Assembly: GCA_965203055.1 (NCBI GenBank)
Contig: OZ241863.1
Coordinates: 1,536,001-1,600,000, forward strand
Length of the DNA: 64,000 bases
Source of the DNA: Spirochaetia bacterium
GTDB taxonomy: Bacteria; Spirochaetota; Spirochaetia; SZUA-6; Bin103
Direction of reading: 5' to 3'
Numbering within the stretch: position 1 is the first letter of the stretch; every line of letters begins with the position of its first letter. This document shows, in pieces, positions 28,326 to 38,286 of this stretch. A model generated the notes under the pieces. That model saw only the letters and a program-made list of their open reading frames with translations. It did no database searches and was not told where the DNA came from. The translations under genes and the position numbers were made by a program.

Positions 28326-29214
28326 ATGTCGGCGTCCGAAGCGCCGCTCCGCGCGGCGCCGCCATTTCCGGCCATCCCCTACGGCCTTGCCTACTTCAAG
28401 GGCATCCGCCGGGAGGGGTTGCCTGTACGTGGACAAGACCCGCTTCCTGCGCGCCCTGGAACAGGAGCGGTTCGTGTTCTTCATCCGCCCGCGGCGCTTT
28501 GGCAAGACCTGCTGGCTGTCGCTGCTGGAGAGCTATTACTCCCGCACCGAGGCCGGCGACTTCGAGGCGGTGTTCGCCGGCACCGACATCGGCCGCGTTC
28601 CCACTCCCAACCGCAGCCGCTACGTGGTGCTGCGGTTCAACTTCTCCGCCTTCAACGACGCCCCGGAGACGCTGGAGCGGAACTTCGAGAATTACTGCCA
28701 CCTCCAGCTCCTCTACACGCTGGAAGCCTGCCCGGAGTCGTTCCCGGAATCGGTGGTCCACCGAATCTGCTCGCAGGCGACCATCAACGACAAGCTCAAC
28801 GCCCTGTTCCTGCACTCCGGGCGCGCGCAGATACCGCTCTACGTGCTGATCGACGAGTACGACAACTTCGCCAACACCATCCTGGCGCATCAGGGGGCGG
28901 ACGCCTACCACGCCTTCACCCACGGCGGCGAGATGCTCGGCTTCACCGAAGCCGAAGTGCGGGACCTGCTTTCGACCTACCGCGACCTCGGCGTCTTCGA
29001 CCAGGACCCCGACGCCGCCCTCGACACGATGCGCGAGTGGTACGACGGCTACCGCTTCGCCAAGACCGCCCCCAACGTCGTCTACAACACCGACATGGTG
29101 CTCTACTACCTGTCGTACTCACTTCCCAACAAGCCCGGCCCCGACAAGCCGCCGGCGCAGCACCGTCGACCGGGCGCAGGAGCACCACGTAGCCGGTGCG
29201 CAGCGAGGAAGTGA
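28326..29214 (+). pseudogene. Decayed AAA-ATPase-like/PD-(D/E)XK nuclease gene
   Basis: IPYG..F..IRREG lies in one frame and YVDKT..RPRRFGKT..LIDEYD in another (extra G at 28415-28418). THGG is joined directly to EMLGFT, lacking the usual FITGV segment, and the protein ends shortly after WYDGY..YN without a nuclease domain. Confidence 0.8.
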
Positions 29215-29283
29215 CGGTTGCCGGCAATAGACCGGGTACTCCCGGTTGACCGTGCTTCGGGTGGCGGCATAGCATGTCGGCAA

Positions 29284-29403
29284 GAGACCGGGGAGCTTGG
29301 TGTTGCCAAGCTGAGAGGAGAGCCGTGGGACGGGCCGTTGCGCGCCGACCCCAGAGCTTTCGACTCGTACACCTGATCCGGGTAATGCCGGCGGAGGGAG
29401 CTC
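29284..29403 (+). ncRNA. TPP riboswitch
   Basis: CGGGGAGC..CTGAGAG..GACTCGTACACCTGATCCGGGTAATGCCGGCGGAGGGA consensus directly upstream of the thiamine ABC operon; a CTCCC/GGGAG hairpin at 29440-29453 covers the SD. Confidence 0.92.
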
Positions 29404-29461
29404 ATCGCCCACCTGCAGCCTGATTCCCCGTCAGATTCACTCCCCGGCGGGAGGATATGTA

Positions 29462-30520
29462 ATGCGTTATCTGTCCGTCTGGGTGCCGGCGCTGCTGGCA
29501 CTTGCCGGCGCCGCCTACCTTGGCGCCGAGCCGCAAGCCGAAGCCGAGCCGGGGGCGCTCACTGTCATGGGGCACGACTCGACGGTGATCCCCGAGCCGG
29601 TGCTGGCCGAGTTCGAGGAGCGCTACGGCGCCCGCGTCAGCATCCTGTTGGCCGGCGACGCGGGATCGGCGCTCAACCGCGCCATCCTGGCGAAGGGCAG
29701 GCCGCTGGCCGACGTCCTCTACGGCGTCGACAACGCGTTCCTGAGCCGGGCACTCGACGAAGGCGTCTTCGAACGGTACGAGCCGCCGGCCCTGGCCGGA
29801 ATCGCCCCCGAGCTGCGCCTCGACGCCAGCGGCCACGCCACCCCGATCGACTTCGGGGACGTGTGCGTCAACTATGACGCCGCCTACTTCGACGCCGCCG
29901 GAGTGGCGCCGCCGCAACGGCTGGAGGAGCTGACCGACCCGGCCTATGCCGATCTCCTGGTGGTCCAGAATCCGGCGTCCTCATCGCCGGGCCTCGCCTT
30001 TCTGCTGGCCACGATCGGCCGCTTCGGCGAACCCGGCTATCTCGACTACTGGCGTGAACTGCGCGCCAATGGCGTGCGCGTCGCCCCCGATTGGGAGAGC
30101 GCGTACTTCGCCGAGTTCAGCGGCGGCACCAGTACCGGCGACCGGCCGCTGGTGGTGTCCTACGGCTCCAGCCCTCCGTTCGAGGTGATCTACGCCGAGA
30201 CTCCGATCGAGGCCCCTACCACCGGCGTGATGGTCGGGGGGGAAAGCTGCTTCCGGCAGATCGAGTTCGCCGGCATCCTGGCGGGCACGCCGCGCCGCGA
30301 GTTGGCCGAGCGCTGGATCGACTTCATGCTCAGCCCCACCTTCCAGGCGGAGCTGCCGCTCAACATGTTCGTATTCCCGGTGCTGGCTGACGTTCCGCTG
30401 GCGCCGGAGTTCGAGCGGTTCCTGTCGCTTCCCGAGCGCACCGCGCAAGTCGCTCCCGCGGCCATCGCCGCGCACCGCGAACGGTGGATTCGGGAGTGGC
30501 GCGAGGTCATGGCGCGCTGA
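29462..30520 (+). CDS. thiB: Thiamine ABC transporter substrate-binding protein
   Basis: HDS, ADVLYGVDN, QNPASSSPGLAFL, VVSYGSSP, CFRQIEFAGIL; lies behind a TPP riboswitch. Confidence 0.9.
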   Translation: MRYLSVWVPALLALAGAAYLGAEPQAEAEPGALTVMGHDSTVIPEPVLAEFEERYGARVSILLAGDAGSALNRAILAKGRPLADVLYGVDNAFLSRALDEGVFERYEPPALAGIAPELRLDASGHATPIDFGDVCVNYDAAYFDAAGVAPPQRLEELTDPAYADLLVVQNPASSSPGLAFLLATIGRFGEPGYLDYWRELRANGVRVAPDWESAYFAEFSGGTSTGDRPLVVSYGSSPPFEVIYAETPIEAPTTGVMVGGESCFRQIEFAGILAGTPRRELAERWIDFMLSPTFQAELPLNMFVFPVLADVPLAPEFERFLSLPERTAQVAPAAIAAHRERWIREWREVMAR

Positions 30521-32220
30521 GCGGAGCGGTCACGCGCGCCGGCGGCGGCTCCGGCCGCCGCCGGCCGGCGGCGCGCCTCGGGCTGTGGCTGCTGCCGCTG
30601 GCGTTCCTGGCGCTGTTCTACCTCTATCCGCTCGGCGCCATCATGCAGCGCGGGCTGAGCAGTGGGGGGGCTGCCGGAGCAGATATCTGGCAGCTCCTGA
30701 CCGCGGCCACCACCCGGCGGGCGCTCTGGTTCAGCACCTGGCAGGCGGTGGTATCGACGCTGGGCACGCTGGCGGTCGGGTTGCCGGCGGCCTACGTGTT
30801 CGCCCGCTACCGCTTTCCGGGGAAGCGGTTGTTGCGCACCATCACGCTGGTGCCGTTCGTGCTGCCCACCCTGGTGGTGGCCGCCGCCTGGCAGGCGCTC
30901 CTGGGGCCGCGCGGCTTCCTGAACCAGCTCCTGCCGGCGCTCGCGCTGCCGCCGTTGCGCGCCGGCGGCAGCGCGGGGGCGATCATCGCCGCCCACGTGT
31001 TCTTCAACACCGCGCTGGTGGTGCGGCTGGTCGGGGACAGTTGGGCGCAGCTTCATCCGCGCGTCATCGAGACCGCGGCGGTGCTCGGGGCGGGGCCGAT
31101 GCGGCGCTGGCGCGCGGTAACCATGCCGCTGTTGAGCCGGCCCATCTTCGCCGCGGCGCTGCTGGTGTTTCTGTTCGACTTCACCTCGTTCGGGGTGGTG
31201 CTGCTGCTCGGCGCCGGCCGCTACGCCACCCTCGAAGTCGAGATCTATCTGCAGACGGTCACCCTGTTCGACCTGCGCGCGGCGGCGGTTCTGTCGCTGC
31301 TGCAGCTCCTGCTGACGGCGCTGGTTACCGCCGCCTACAGCAACGCGGCCGCCCGCTACCGCGCTACGCCGCGGCTGGGGCGGGCCGCCGCGTACGAGCG
31401 GGCGCCGGCGGCAGCGCGCGAGCGGTGGCTGGTGGCGGTCACGGTCGGCGCGCTGCTGGTGTGGCTGGTGGTGCCCCTGGCGGCGCTGGCGCTGCGCGCG
31501 CTGTTCTCGCTGGAGGATGGCCGCCTCACGCTGGCCCTGTTTACCCGGCTCGGCAGCCGGCCGCGCGGGGCGGCGCTGGCGGTGCCGCCGTTGCTCGCGC
31601 TGCGCAACTCGCTCCTGTTCGCGGTGCTGACCGCGCTGCTCAGCCTGGCGGTAGGGTTGCCCGCGGCGCTGGCGGCGGTGGGGGTGCGGCGGGCGTGGCT
31701 GCGGCGGCTGGTCGACATCGCGGTGATGCTCCCGCTTGGCACCTCGCCGGTCACCATTGGCTTCGGCTTCATCCTCGCGCTGGGGCTGCCCGGCTTCGAC
31801 CTGCGCGCGTCGCCGGTGCTGCTGCCGGTGGCGCATACCCTGGTGGCGCTGCCGCTGGTGTTCCGCGCGTTGGTCGGGGGGCTGCAGGCGGTCCCGGCGC
31901 GCCTGCGCGAGGCCGCCGCGGTGTTGGGCGCAGCCCCGGCGCGGCGCTTCATATACGTGGAGTTGCCGGTGCTTGGGCGAGCCGCGGCCAGCGCGGCGCT
32001 GTTCGCGGCTGCCATCTCGCTCGGCGAGTTTGGCGCCAGCGCGCTGATCGCGCGTCCCGAGCTGCCCACCATCACGACCGCGATCTTCCGTTCGCTGTCG
32101 CGTCCGGGGGCCAGCAACTACGGCCAGGGTATGGCGCTGGCAACCATCCTGATGGTCACGACCGCGGCCAGCGTCGCAGCCATCGAACGGCTGCGCACCG
32201 CCGCGGCGCGCGACTTCTGA
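30517..32220 (+). CDS. thiP: Thiamine ABC transporter permease (start uncertain)
   Basis: Duplicated permease with EAA loops (ETAAVLGA, EAAAVLGA), AHVFFN, FTSFG, SLGEFGA. Confidence 0.88.
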   Translation: MSGAVTRAGGGSGRRRPAARLGLWLLPLAFLALFYLYPLGAIMQRGLSSGGAAGADIWQLLTAATTRRALWFSTWQAVVSTLGTLAVGLPAAYVFARYRFPGKRLLRTITLVPFVLPTLVVAAAWQALLGPRGFLNQLLPALALPPLRAGGSAGAIIAAHVFFNTALVVRLVGDSWAQLHPRVIETAAVLGAGPMRRWRAVTMPLLSRPIFAAALLVFLFDFTSFGVVLLLGAGRYATLEVEIYLQTVTLFDLRAAAVLSLLQLLLTALVTAAYSNAAARYRATPRLGRAAAYERAPAAARERWLVAVTVGALLVWLVVPLAALALRALFSLEDGRLTLALFTRLGSRPRGAALAVPPLLALRNSLLFAVLTALLSLAVGLPAALAAVGVRRAWLRRLVDIAVMLPLGTSPVTIGFGFILALGLPGFDLRASPVLLPVAHTLVALPLVFRALVGGLQAVPARLREAAAVLGAAPARRFIYVELPVLGRAAASAALFAAAISLGEFGASALIARPELPTITTAIFRSLSRPGASNYGQGMALATILMVTTAASVAAIERLRTAAARDF

Positions 32221-32225
32221 CGGCG

Positions 32226-33413
32226 ATGACCGACGTGGACCACTCCGACGCCGACCGTAACCGGCAAGCGCCGCCGTCCAGCTCCGCGGGAGCCCCGGAG
32301 CAGGCCGCGGCGCGAGCGGCCCGGCAACCGGCCGGCGCGGCGCTGGAGGTGCGGCGGGTCAGCGTCCAACTCGGCGGCGGCGCCGTGCTGGCGGACGTGT
32401 CGCTGGCGGCCCGGGCCGGTGAGATCGTGGCCCTGCTCGGCCCCAGCGGGTGCGGCAAGACCACCCTGCTGCGGGTGATCGCCGGGCTGCAGCCGCATGC
32501 CGGCGAGGTGCGCTGGCAGGGTCGGTCGGTGGCGGCCGTGCCCGCCCACCGGCGCGGCTTCGGACTGGTGTTTCAGGACCAAGCGTTGTTCCCGCATCTG
32601 GACGTGGCGCGCAACGTCGCCTTCGGCCTGCGCATGCGGGCCTGGGGCGCCGCCGAGCGCGCGCGGCGGGTAGGGGAGCTGCTGGAACTGGTGGGGCTGA
32701 GCGGCTTCAGCCGGCGGCCGGTCGACGCTCTCTCCGGCGGCGAGGCGCAACGCGTGGCGCTGGCGCGCGCGCTGGCGCCGCGCCCGCGGCTGCTGATGCT
32801 GGATGAACCGCTGGCCGGTCTCGACCGGCCATTGCGGGAACAGCTTCTGGCCGACCTGCCGCGCATCCTGCGCTCGCTCCGGCAGACCGCGCTGTTCGTG
32901 ACCCACGATCTGGAAGAGGCGCTCGCCGTCGCCGACCGGGTAGCGGTGATGCGCGCCGGCCGGATCGCGCAGGTGGCCGCGCCGCGCGCGCTTTACGAGC
33001 GTCCCGCCAGCGTGTTCGTCGCCCGCTTCCTCGGCCGCGCCAACATCCTGCACGGCACCGTGCGCGGCACCGTGCGCGGCGGCCCGGCCGAGCGCTCACT
33101 CGAAACCGACCTCGGCCTCCTGCCGTACGACCGTTCCACCCCGCCCGGCGCGCGCGGCGCAGTGTTGATCCGGCCCGAACAGATCAACCTGGTCGAACGC
33201 GAGCCGCCTGCCGGCGCCCCCGCCGGAGCCGTGTCCTTGCGCGGCACGCTGCAGGCCACCTCATTCCGCGGCACTGCCGCGCTCGCCACCGTACTGGTCC
33301 GCGCCACCACCCTGCAGGTCCTGGTCACCGGCCGGCGCACGCTCCCCGCCGCCGGCGCTGCCGTAACCATCAGCTTCCACCCTCACGCCGCCGTAGTCCC
33401 CCTCACCGCTTAA
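32226..33413 (+). CDS. thiQ: Thiamine ABC transporter ATP-binding protein
   Basis: GPSGCGKTT, LSGGEAQRVALARAL, LDEP, TOBE-like C-terminus; operon context. Confidence 0.85.
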   Translation: MTDVDHSDADRNRQAPPSSSAGAPEQAAARAARQPAGAALEVRRVSVQLGGGAVLADVSLAARAGEIVALLGPSGCGKTTLLRVIAGLQPHAGEVRWQGRSVAAVPAHRRGFGLVFQDQALFPHLDVARNVAFGLRMRAWGAAERARRVGELLELVGLSGFSRRPVDALSGGEAQRVALARALAPRPRLLMLDEPLAGLDRPLREQLLADLPRILRSLRQTALFVTHDLEEALAVADRVAVMRAGRIAQVAAPRALYERPASVFVARFLGRANILHGTVRGTVRGGPAERSLETDLGLLPYDRSTPPGARGAVLIRPEQINLVEREPPAGAPAGAVSLRGTLQATSFRGTAALATVLVRATTLQVLVTGRRTLPAAGAAVTISFHPHAAVVPLTA

Positions 33414-33477
33414 CCTACAGCGGGCCGCCCGAGTCGTCCGCGGCGATCGTCGCGGTCGCCCAGTGCGGGCGTGCTCC

Positions 33478-33506
33478 TTGCTCGCCTTGCTAGAGGGCGA
33501 TATGAT
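33478..33506 (+). promoter_or_regulatory. Putative sigma70 promoter of the SNF2 gene (near-leaderless)
   Basis: TTGCTC - 17 nt - TATGAT, 8 nt before ATG 33515. Confidence 0.5.
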
Positions 33507-33514
33507 GTCCTGTA

Positions 33515-36500
33515 ATGAGCGGAAATGATCTGGTCGTCGGAGCTCTGGTCCAATGGACCGAAGGACAGGGATACGGCGAGGTCACCGGTATCGACGCAAG
33601 ACGGATCAGCGTCCGTTGGGATCATGAAGGTAACCCCCCGCAATTCGCTGCCACGAATCCACCGCTATCGAGGGTCGAATTTTCAGCCGGTCACGTTGTC
33701 CAACTGAGATCGACCAACGAAACCGCCGCCGTCCTCAGTATTGTGACTACTGAGCCTCCGGTTTGGAGTTTGCTCGTTACCGGGCAGCCACCGCGGACTC
33801 TGAACGTGCCGGAAGCAGGCTTGCGCCCGCAATCGATCACAGATCCTGTCGAGCGATTCAAGAGCGGGCACATCGGTTCACTTCAAAAATACCGGCTTCA
33901 GGAAGTAACGAGATGGTATTGGGAGCGGCATCATTACGACGACCTCGTTTCGCTAGGACAGGTTGGTGTAGACCTGAAACCGCATCAGGTTTCGGTGGTT
34001 CACAAGGTAGTCTCCGAGTATCCTCACCGTTTTCTGCTGTGCGACGAAGTCGGTCTGGGAAAGACAATCGAGGCAGGGATGGCACTCAAAGAGCTCCGGT
34101 CCCGCGGAGTAGCTAGACGAGTCCTCGCCATTGTGCCACCTAACCTGATTTTTCAATGGCAATTCGAGATGAAGACCAAGTTCAACGAAATATTCGCTAT
34201 ATTGAATACCGATGTTGTTCGTTTCCTGCAAAATGATAGCGGTTTCAATGACAACCCGTTCACGTACCGAGACAGCGTTTTGTGTTCTGCGGCCTGGGTG
34301 GTTAACGAACCCTGGGCGAGCCAGTGCGCTGCCGCGGATTGGGATCTTGTCATTATCGACGAAGCGCACCATGCGCGAAGCCGCCGTAGCGGAAACAGGA
34401 TAGAGCGTACGCGTCTATACCATTTGGTAAACAAACTTGCGACGATGGAACACTTGACAAGAGGATTGTTGTTCCTCACTGCGACGCCGATGCAGCTCGA
34501 CACTCACGAACTCTACTCCCTCGTAGAACTTCTTGACCCCGCGCTGTTCCCTTCGGAACAACACTTCGACCGCCATCGTACGACAGTTCCTGGTCTCTCT
34601 TATCTCGTCGAACGCCTGTCTCGTCATGGATTTCCATTGCCCGATGAGACAAGGGAGGTAACCGCCCGACAGGTTGGCGAATGGCTTGACATCGACTGCA
34701 ATGAAGCGCATCGACGACTCAACGATTCAAAAGAGCTCAGGAAGCTGACTGAAGATCTGTCGGAACGCCACCTCCTTAGCAAGGTGTTGATTCGCAACCG
34801 AAAAGCCGTAGTGGGCGATTTCGTAACGCGTATCGCCGTGCGCTGGGAGGTCGATCTGACGCCAAAAGAACTCGCTGCACTGAGTGCCGTAAAAGAGTAT
34901 GTGCAGTATGGTTACCAGCTTGCCGAACAACGCAATAACAATGCGGTTGGATTCGCAATGGTTGTATTCCAAAAGTTGATGGCATCCAGCATCGCCGCAA
35001 TTCAGGTTGCATTGAGCAAACGTCGAGAAAAAATAGGTGCCGATTTCGCAGAAGGGCAGTCATATGTTGATCTTCAAGAAAGGCTGGAAGAAGACGACGA
35101 CGCAGCAGATGTCGTCGGAGCCTATGGCCTTGTAGATGAGCAGGCGTTGCTGGATCAGGCTCTCGCAGCACTTGGTGCGGTAGAACGTGACTCCAAGGCT
35201 TGCGTACTTGTTGAGCAAATCAATACGCTGTTCACGCGCCATGAAGCGGGGTCGCATCGGCGTGCTAGCGACCAAGACGACGGCAAGATAATTATCTTCA
35301 CGGAGTTCCGAGAGACTCAGCGCTATCTTCAGCGCCTTCTGGTTGCTCAAGGGTGGGGAGTCAACGTATTTCACGGGCAGCTTGACGCTGTTAGCAAAGA
35401 CCGCGCCGTGGCTCGATTCAGGGACAATGTCGGGCCGCAGGTTCTGATTAGCACCGAAGCGGGAGGAGAGGGGAGAAATTTTCAGTTCTGCCATATGCTT
35501 GTGAATTATGACCTGCCCTGGAACCCGATGCGAATTGAGCAGAGAATCGGACGGGTGGACCGAATTGGTCAGGAACATGTTGTTAAGATTTTCAACTTCG
35601 CGGTAAGGGATACCATCGATATTCGTATTCTCGACGTGTTGGAGCATCGCATTCATGTCTTCCAGGAAACGGTGGGAGGGCTCGATCCTATCCTTGGCGC
35701 GGCCGAGCGAGACCTCAGGAAGATCATGCGTCAGGCCGAGGCACAGAGGGACGCCGCCTTTACCGAGTTTGGTCAACGCGTAGCGGAGCGGATCAGTAGA
35801 GCCCGAGAAGCACGGGAACAACTTGGCAATTTTATCATGGACACCAAGTCATTCCGCAGAGAGATTGTTGAGCGTATTACCGGGCAGCCGTCACCGATCG
35901 ATAACGACCGTATTGAGCGGTTCATCGGAAAACTGCTTGCTAGCGTAGGGACTTACATCAAACGTATGGGCAGCGGCTACCGTCTTACCTTCCACGGCGA
36001 ATTCTATGATACCCACCGGAAGCTGATCCTGGCAGGTGGGAAAAAAATGAACGCAGTGTTTCGGCGTGACCGTCGGCCTGATGAAGAGAGTGTTGAATTC
36101 ATGGCCTTTGGGCATCCGATCGTTGATACGATTGTTCAGCGTATCCTGGAAGAAGGCTATGAGGGAGTGACCGGTACGCGTCGCATCCGTGCGAATGATG
36201 AACTTTCACCTGCCAAAGGATGGCTTTTCAGTTTCCAGTTTACTGTTCCCGGTGTGCAGTCCACTGAACACATAGTACCGGTATTCGTGAACGACGACGG
36301 CCGTGTGGACGACGATGCGGGCCAAGTCATTCTGGATCGTGCATGCGAGTTCGACGATCACGAACAGGAGATACCGTTGCCGAAAATTCCCGATAATCTC
36401 GATAGACTCGAGCCATTGGCGAAAGACGTTGTCAACACCATTCAGCAAAGACTGCAGCGGGATGCCGAGATTAAAGCGGCCGGTCGAATAGATCATGAGG

Positions 36501-36976
36501 TTGCTCGACTCAACACTTGGTTCGACTATCGGGAGCGGGTAGCCAGAGACCGCTTGACCGCTACTCGAGCTACGTTAGATCGTCTTCAGTCGAGCGACGA
36601 CGACTCAGTGCGCCGAATTATTCCTGTTTGGGAGGCAAATCTTCGGCGCGACGAGGCGCTTCCCGATAGGCTCGCGCAGGAGCGCAGGCGCCGGATCGCT
36701 GATATAGAGAGACACCGCCACCCGCAGGTTGCTTGGGCTCTGAAATCGCTAGGCCGCATCGAGATAGTTGCTCCGGCTGAAGGCGAGCGAGGACGTATCA
36801 GTGCGCGGAGGGGCGACGATGGCAGGATTGCGCGGTTGGAACGTGCAGGGACAATAGTACGCCGTTCTTCCGGGAGTCCGCTTGATGTGTTGGGGCAGCC
36901 GGTACGGACGGACGCGAATATCCTGAGCGCGCTGCTGGAGGAGCGCTCCGAAGAATACGAAGAAGGTCATCGGTGA
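33515..36976 (+). CDS. SNF2/RapA-like (DrmD-like) helicase with a C-terminal Phd-antitoxin-like tail
   Basis: LCDEVGLGKT, IIDEAHH, LTATPMQ, TEAGGEGRNFQ, YDLPWNPMRIEQRIGRVDRIGQ; tail RIARLERAG..ILSALLEER; visibly lower GC. Confidence 0.88.
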   Translation: MSGNDLVVGALVQWTEGQGYGEVTGIDARRISVRWDHEGNPPQFAATNPPLSRVEFSAGHVVQLRSTNETAAVLSIVTTEPPVWSLLVTGQPPRTLNVPEAGLRPQSITDPVERFKSGHIGSLQKYRLQEVTRWYWERHHYDDLVSLGQVGVDLKPHQVSVVHKVVSEYPHRFLLCDEVGLGKTIEAGMALKELRSRGVARRVLAIVPPNLIFQWQFEMKTKFNEIFAILNTDVVRFLQNDSGFNDNPFTYRDSVLCSAAWVVNEPWASQCAAADWDLVIIDEAHHARSRRSGNRIERTRLYHLVNKLATMEHLTRGLLFLTATPMQLDTHELYSLVELLDPALFPSEQHFDRHRTTVPGLSYLVERLSRHGFPLPDETREVTARQVGEWLDIDCNEAHRRLNDSKELRKLTEDLSERHLLSKVLIRNRKAVVGDFVTRIAVRWEVDLTPKELAALSAVKEYVQYGYQLAEQRNNNAVGFAMVVFQKLMASSIAAIQVALSKRREKIGADFAEGQSYVDLQERLEEDDDAADVVGAYGLVDEQALLDQALAALGAVERDSKACVLVEQINTLFTRHEAGSHRRASDQDDGKIIIFTEFRETQRYLQRLLVAQGWGVNVFHGQLDAVSKDRAVARFRDNVGPQVLISTEAGGEGRNFQFCHMLVNYDLPWNPMRIEQRIGRVDRIGQEHVVKIFNFAVRDTIDIRILDVLEHRIHVFQETVGGLDPILGAAERDLRKIMRQAEAQRDAAFTEFGQRVAERISRAREAREQLGNFIMDTKSFRREIVERITGQPSPIDNDRIERFIGKLLASVGTYIKRMGSGYRLTFHGEFYDTHRKLILAGGKKMNAVFRRDRRPDEESVEFMAFGHPIVDTIVQRILEEGYEGVTGTRRIRANDELSPAKGWLFSFQFTVPGVQSTEHIVPVFVNDDGRVDDDAGQVILDRACEFDDHEQEIPLPKIPDNLDRLEPLAKDVVNTIQQRLQRDAEIKAAGRIDHEVARLNTWFDYRERVARDRLTATRATLDRLQSSDDDSVRRIIPVWEANLRRDEALPDRLAQERRRRIADIERHRHPQVAWALKSLGRIEIVAPAEGERGRISARRGDDGRIARLERAGTIVRRSSGSPLDVLGQPVRTDANILSALLEERSEEYEEGHR

Positions 36977-37412
36977 ATTTCTGGACACTTCTGGGATCGT
37001 GGCGCTTGTGGTCGATGAGCCACACCAGCCGTTTGCTCGGAGCACTCTCGAAAACGATGACAGGATGGCGGTGTGGTGGGGAGCCTCTGTCGAATACGTT
37101 TCAGCGGTGTCCCGGCGGGTGCGTGAAGGCACCCTGACTGCAGACCAAATCGACCAGCTTGTTCATTACCTCGAGGAACTATCGAGAGAATGGTACGAGA
37201 TTCAGCCCGATTCGAAGATCAGAAAGACAGCTCAGACACTGGTTCGTCGTTATCCGTTGAGAGCCGCGGACGGTCTGCAATTAGCGGCGGCACTCGCCAT
37301 TGCTGAAAGCAATCCGGGGAGTATTGGATTCGTATCCTTCGATAGACGACTGAAAAATGCCGCTGTCCAAGAAGGGTTCGCCGTTCTTGACGGCGAACCG
37401 CCGTCCGAGTGA
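36973..37412 (+). pseudogene. vapC: VapC/PIN toxin with a -1 frameshift after codon 4
   Basis: GTG overlaps the helicase stop (GTGA). GTG AAT TTC TGG [G]AC ACT TCT gives the canonical (M)NFWDTS only if one G is restored at 36983-36984. Downstream VEYVSA..LRAADGLQLAAA..FVSFDRRL are PIN motifs. Confidence 0.8.
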
Positions 37413-37506
37413 CGGACCGATCAAACTCTATGGTAGTATTCTGCCTTCCGTCCGGTCAAGCAGCCAGTTCGACGAAGATGGCGCCCGTCTCGCCGCTGGA
37501 ATCTGC

Positions 37507-38286
37507 CTATTGGTTATTTCGCACGACGCCGGGCTGGTGCTGGTTGGCGCCCATCAGTTGGCGTACCAGTTCCGACGGGTTGTCCAGGTCCGCCAGTTGG
37601 GCGCGCATATCTTCCTGGGTGACGTAGATCGGTCGGGTATACATCCCCAGCAGGGCGCTGCGCGCCGCGTTCGACGTGTTGGGACGGGCGGTATGCCAAG
37701 TGGCCCCATGCATCACCATCACGCTGCCGCGAACGGCCGTCAGTATCTCTCCGTCGGGATGCCAGTCGGAGGCTATCTCCGGCGGTGGACGATGCCCCTT
37801 GCGATGGCTGCAGGGGATGATCCCGGTACCGCCGTTCTCCGCTGAAAAGTCATTCAGCAGCCACATGGTCTGCCCGCTGATGCGGTCGGTCGGCCAGGGT
37901 TGATTGAGCCGCTGATACGGCCAGTCAGGATGCCAGCCGTATCGGGAATAGCCGGGATAGGTGGTATTGGCCGTCCAGGTGGAGCAGATCATGTCTTCGT
38001 CGAGATACCGTCTCCAGATGGCCACGATCAGGGGATGGGACATCAATTCGACGAAGATCGGGTGCTTGACGGCTATCCGCGCAACCCGCTGAGTCTTCTT
38101 CTCGCGGCTGATTTCGCTCTCCTCGTCGGCCAGAAAACGCTCCAGGATGGCGCGCACCCGATCCGCTTTCTCTACCGATATCACCGACGGGATAACGCAG
38201 TAACCGCGTTCATCGAGTTCGGCAATGATTTCCGATACGTCAGACGGACGAACCGACCCCTCATCTGCGATCAAGCTCTGCTCCAT
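37507..38286 (-). CDS. PhyH family dioxygenase
   Basis: WHPDWPY, WLLNDFSAENGGT..IPCSH, TWHTARPN..R. Confidence 0.88.
   Translation of the reverse strand: MEQSLIADEGSVRPSDVSEIIAELDERGYCVIPSVISVEKADRVRAILERFLADEESEISREKKTQRVARIAVKHPIFVELMSHPLIVAIWRRYLDEDMICSTWTANTTYPGYSRYGWHPDWPYQRLNQPWPTDRISGQTMWLLNDFSAENGGTGIIPCSHRKGHRPPPEIASDWHPDGEILTAVRGSVMVMHGATWHTARPNTSNAARSALLGMYTRPIYVTQEDMRAQLADLDNPSELVRQLMGANQHQPGVVRNNQ

Noticed and set aside
33515..36976. Complete DISARM system
   Set aside because: Only a DrmD/RapA-like helicase is present; no drmA/B/C or cognate methylase is adjacent.
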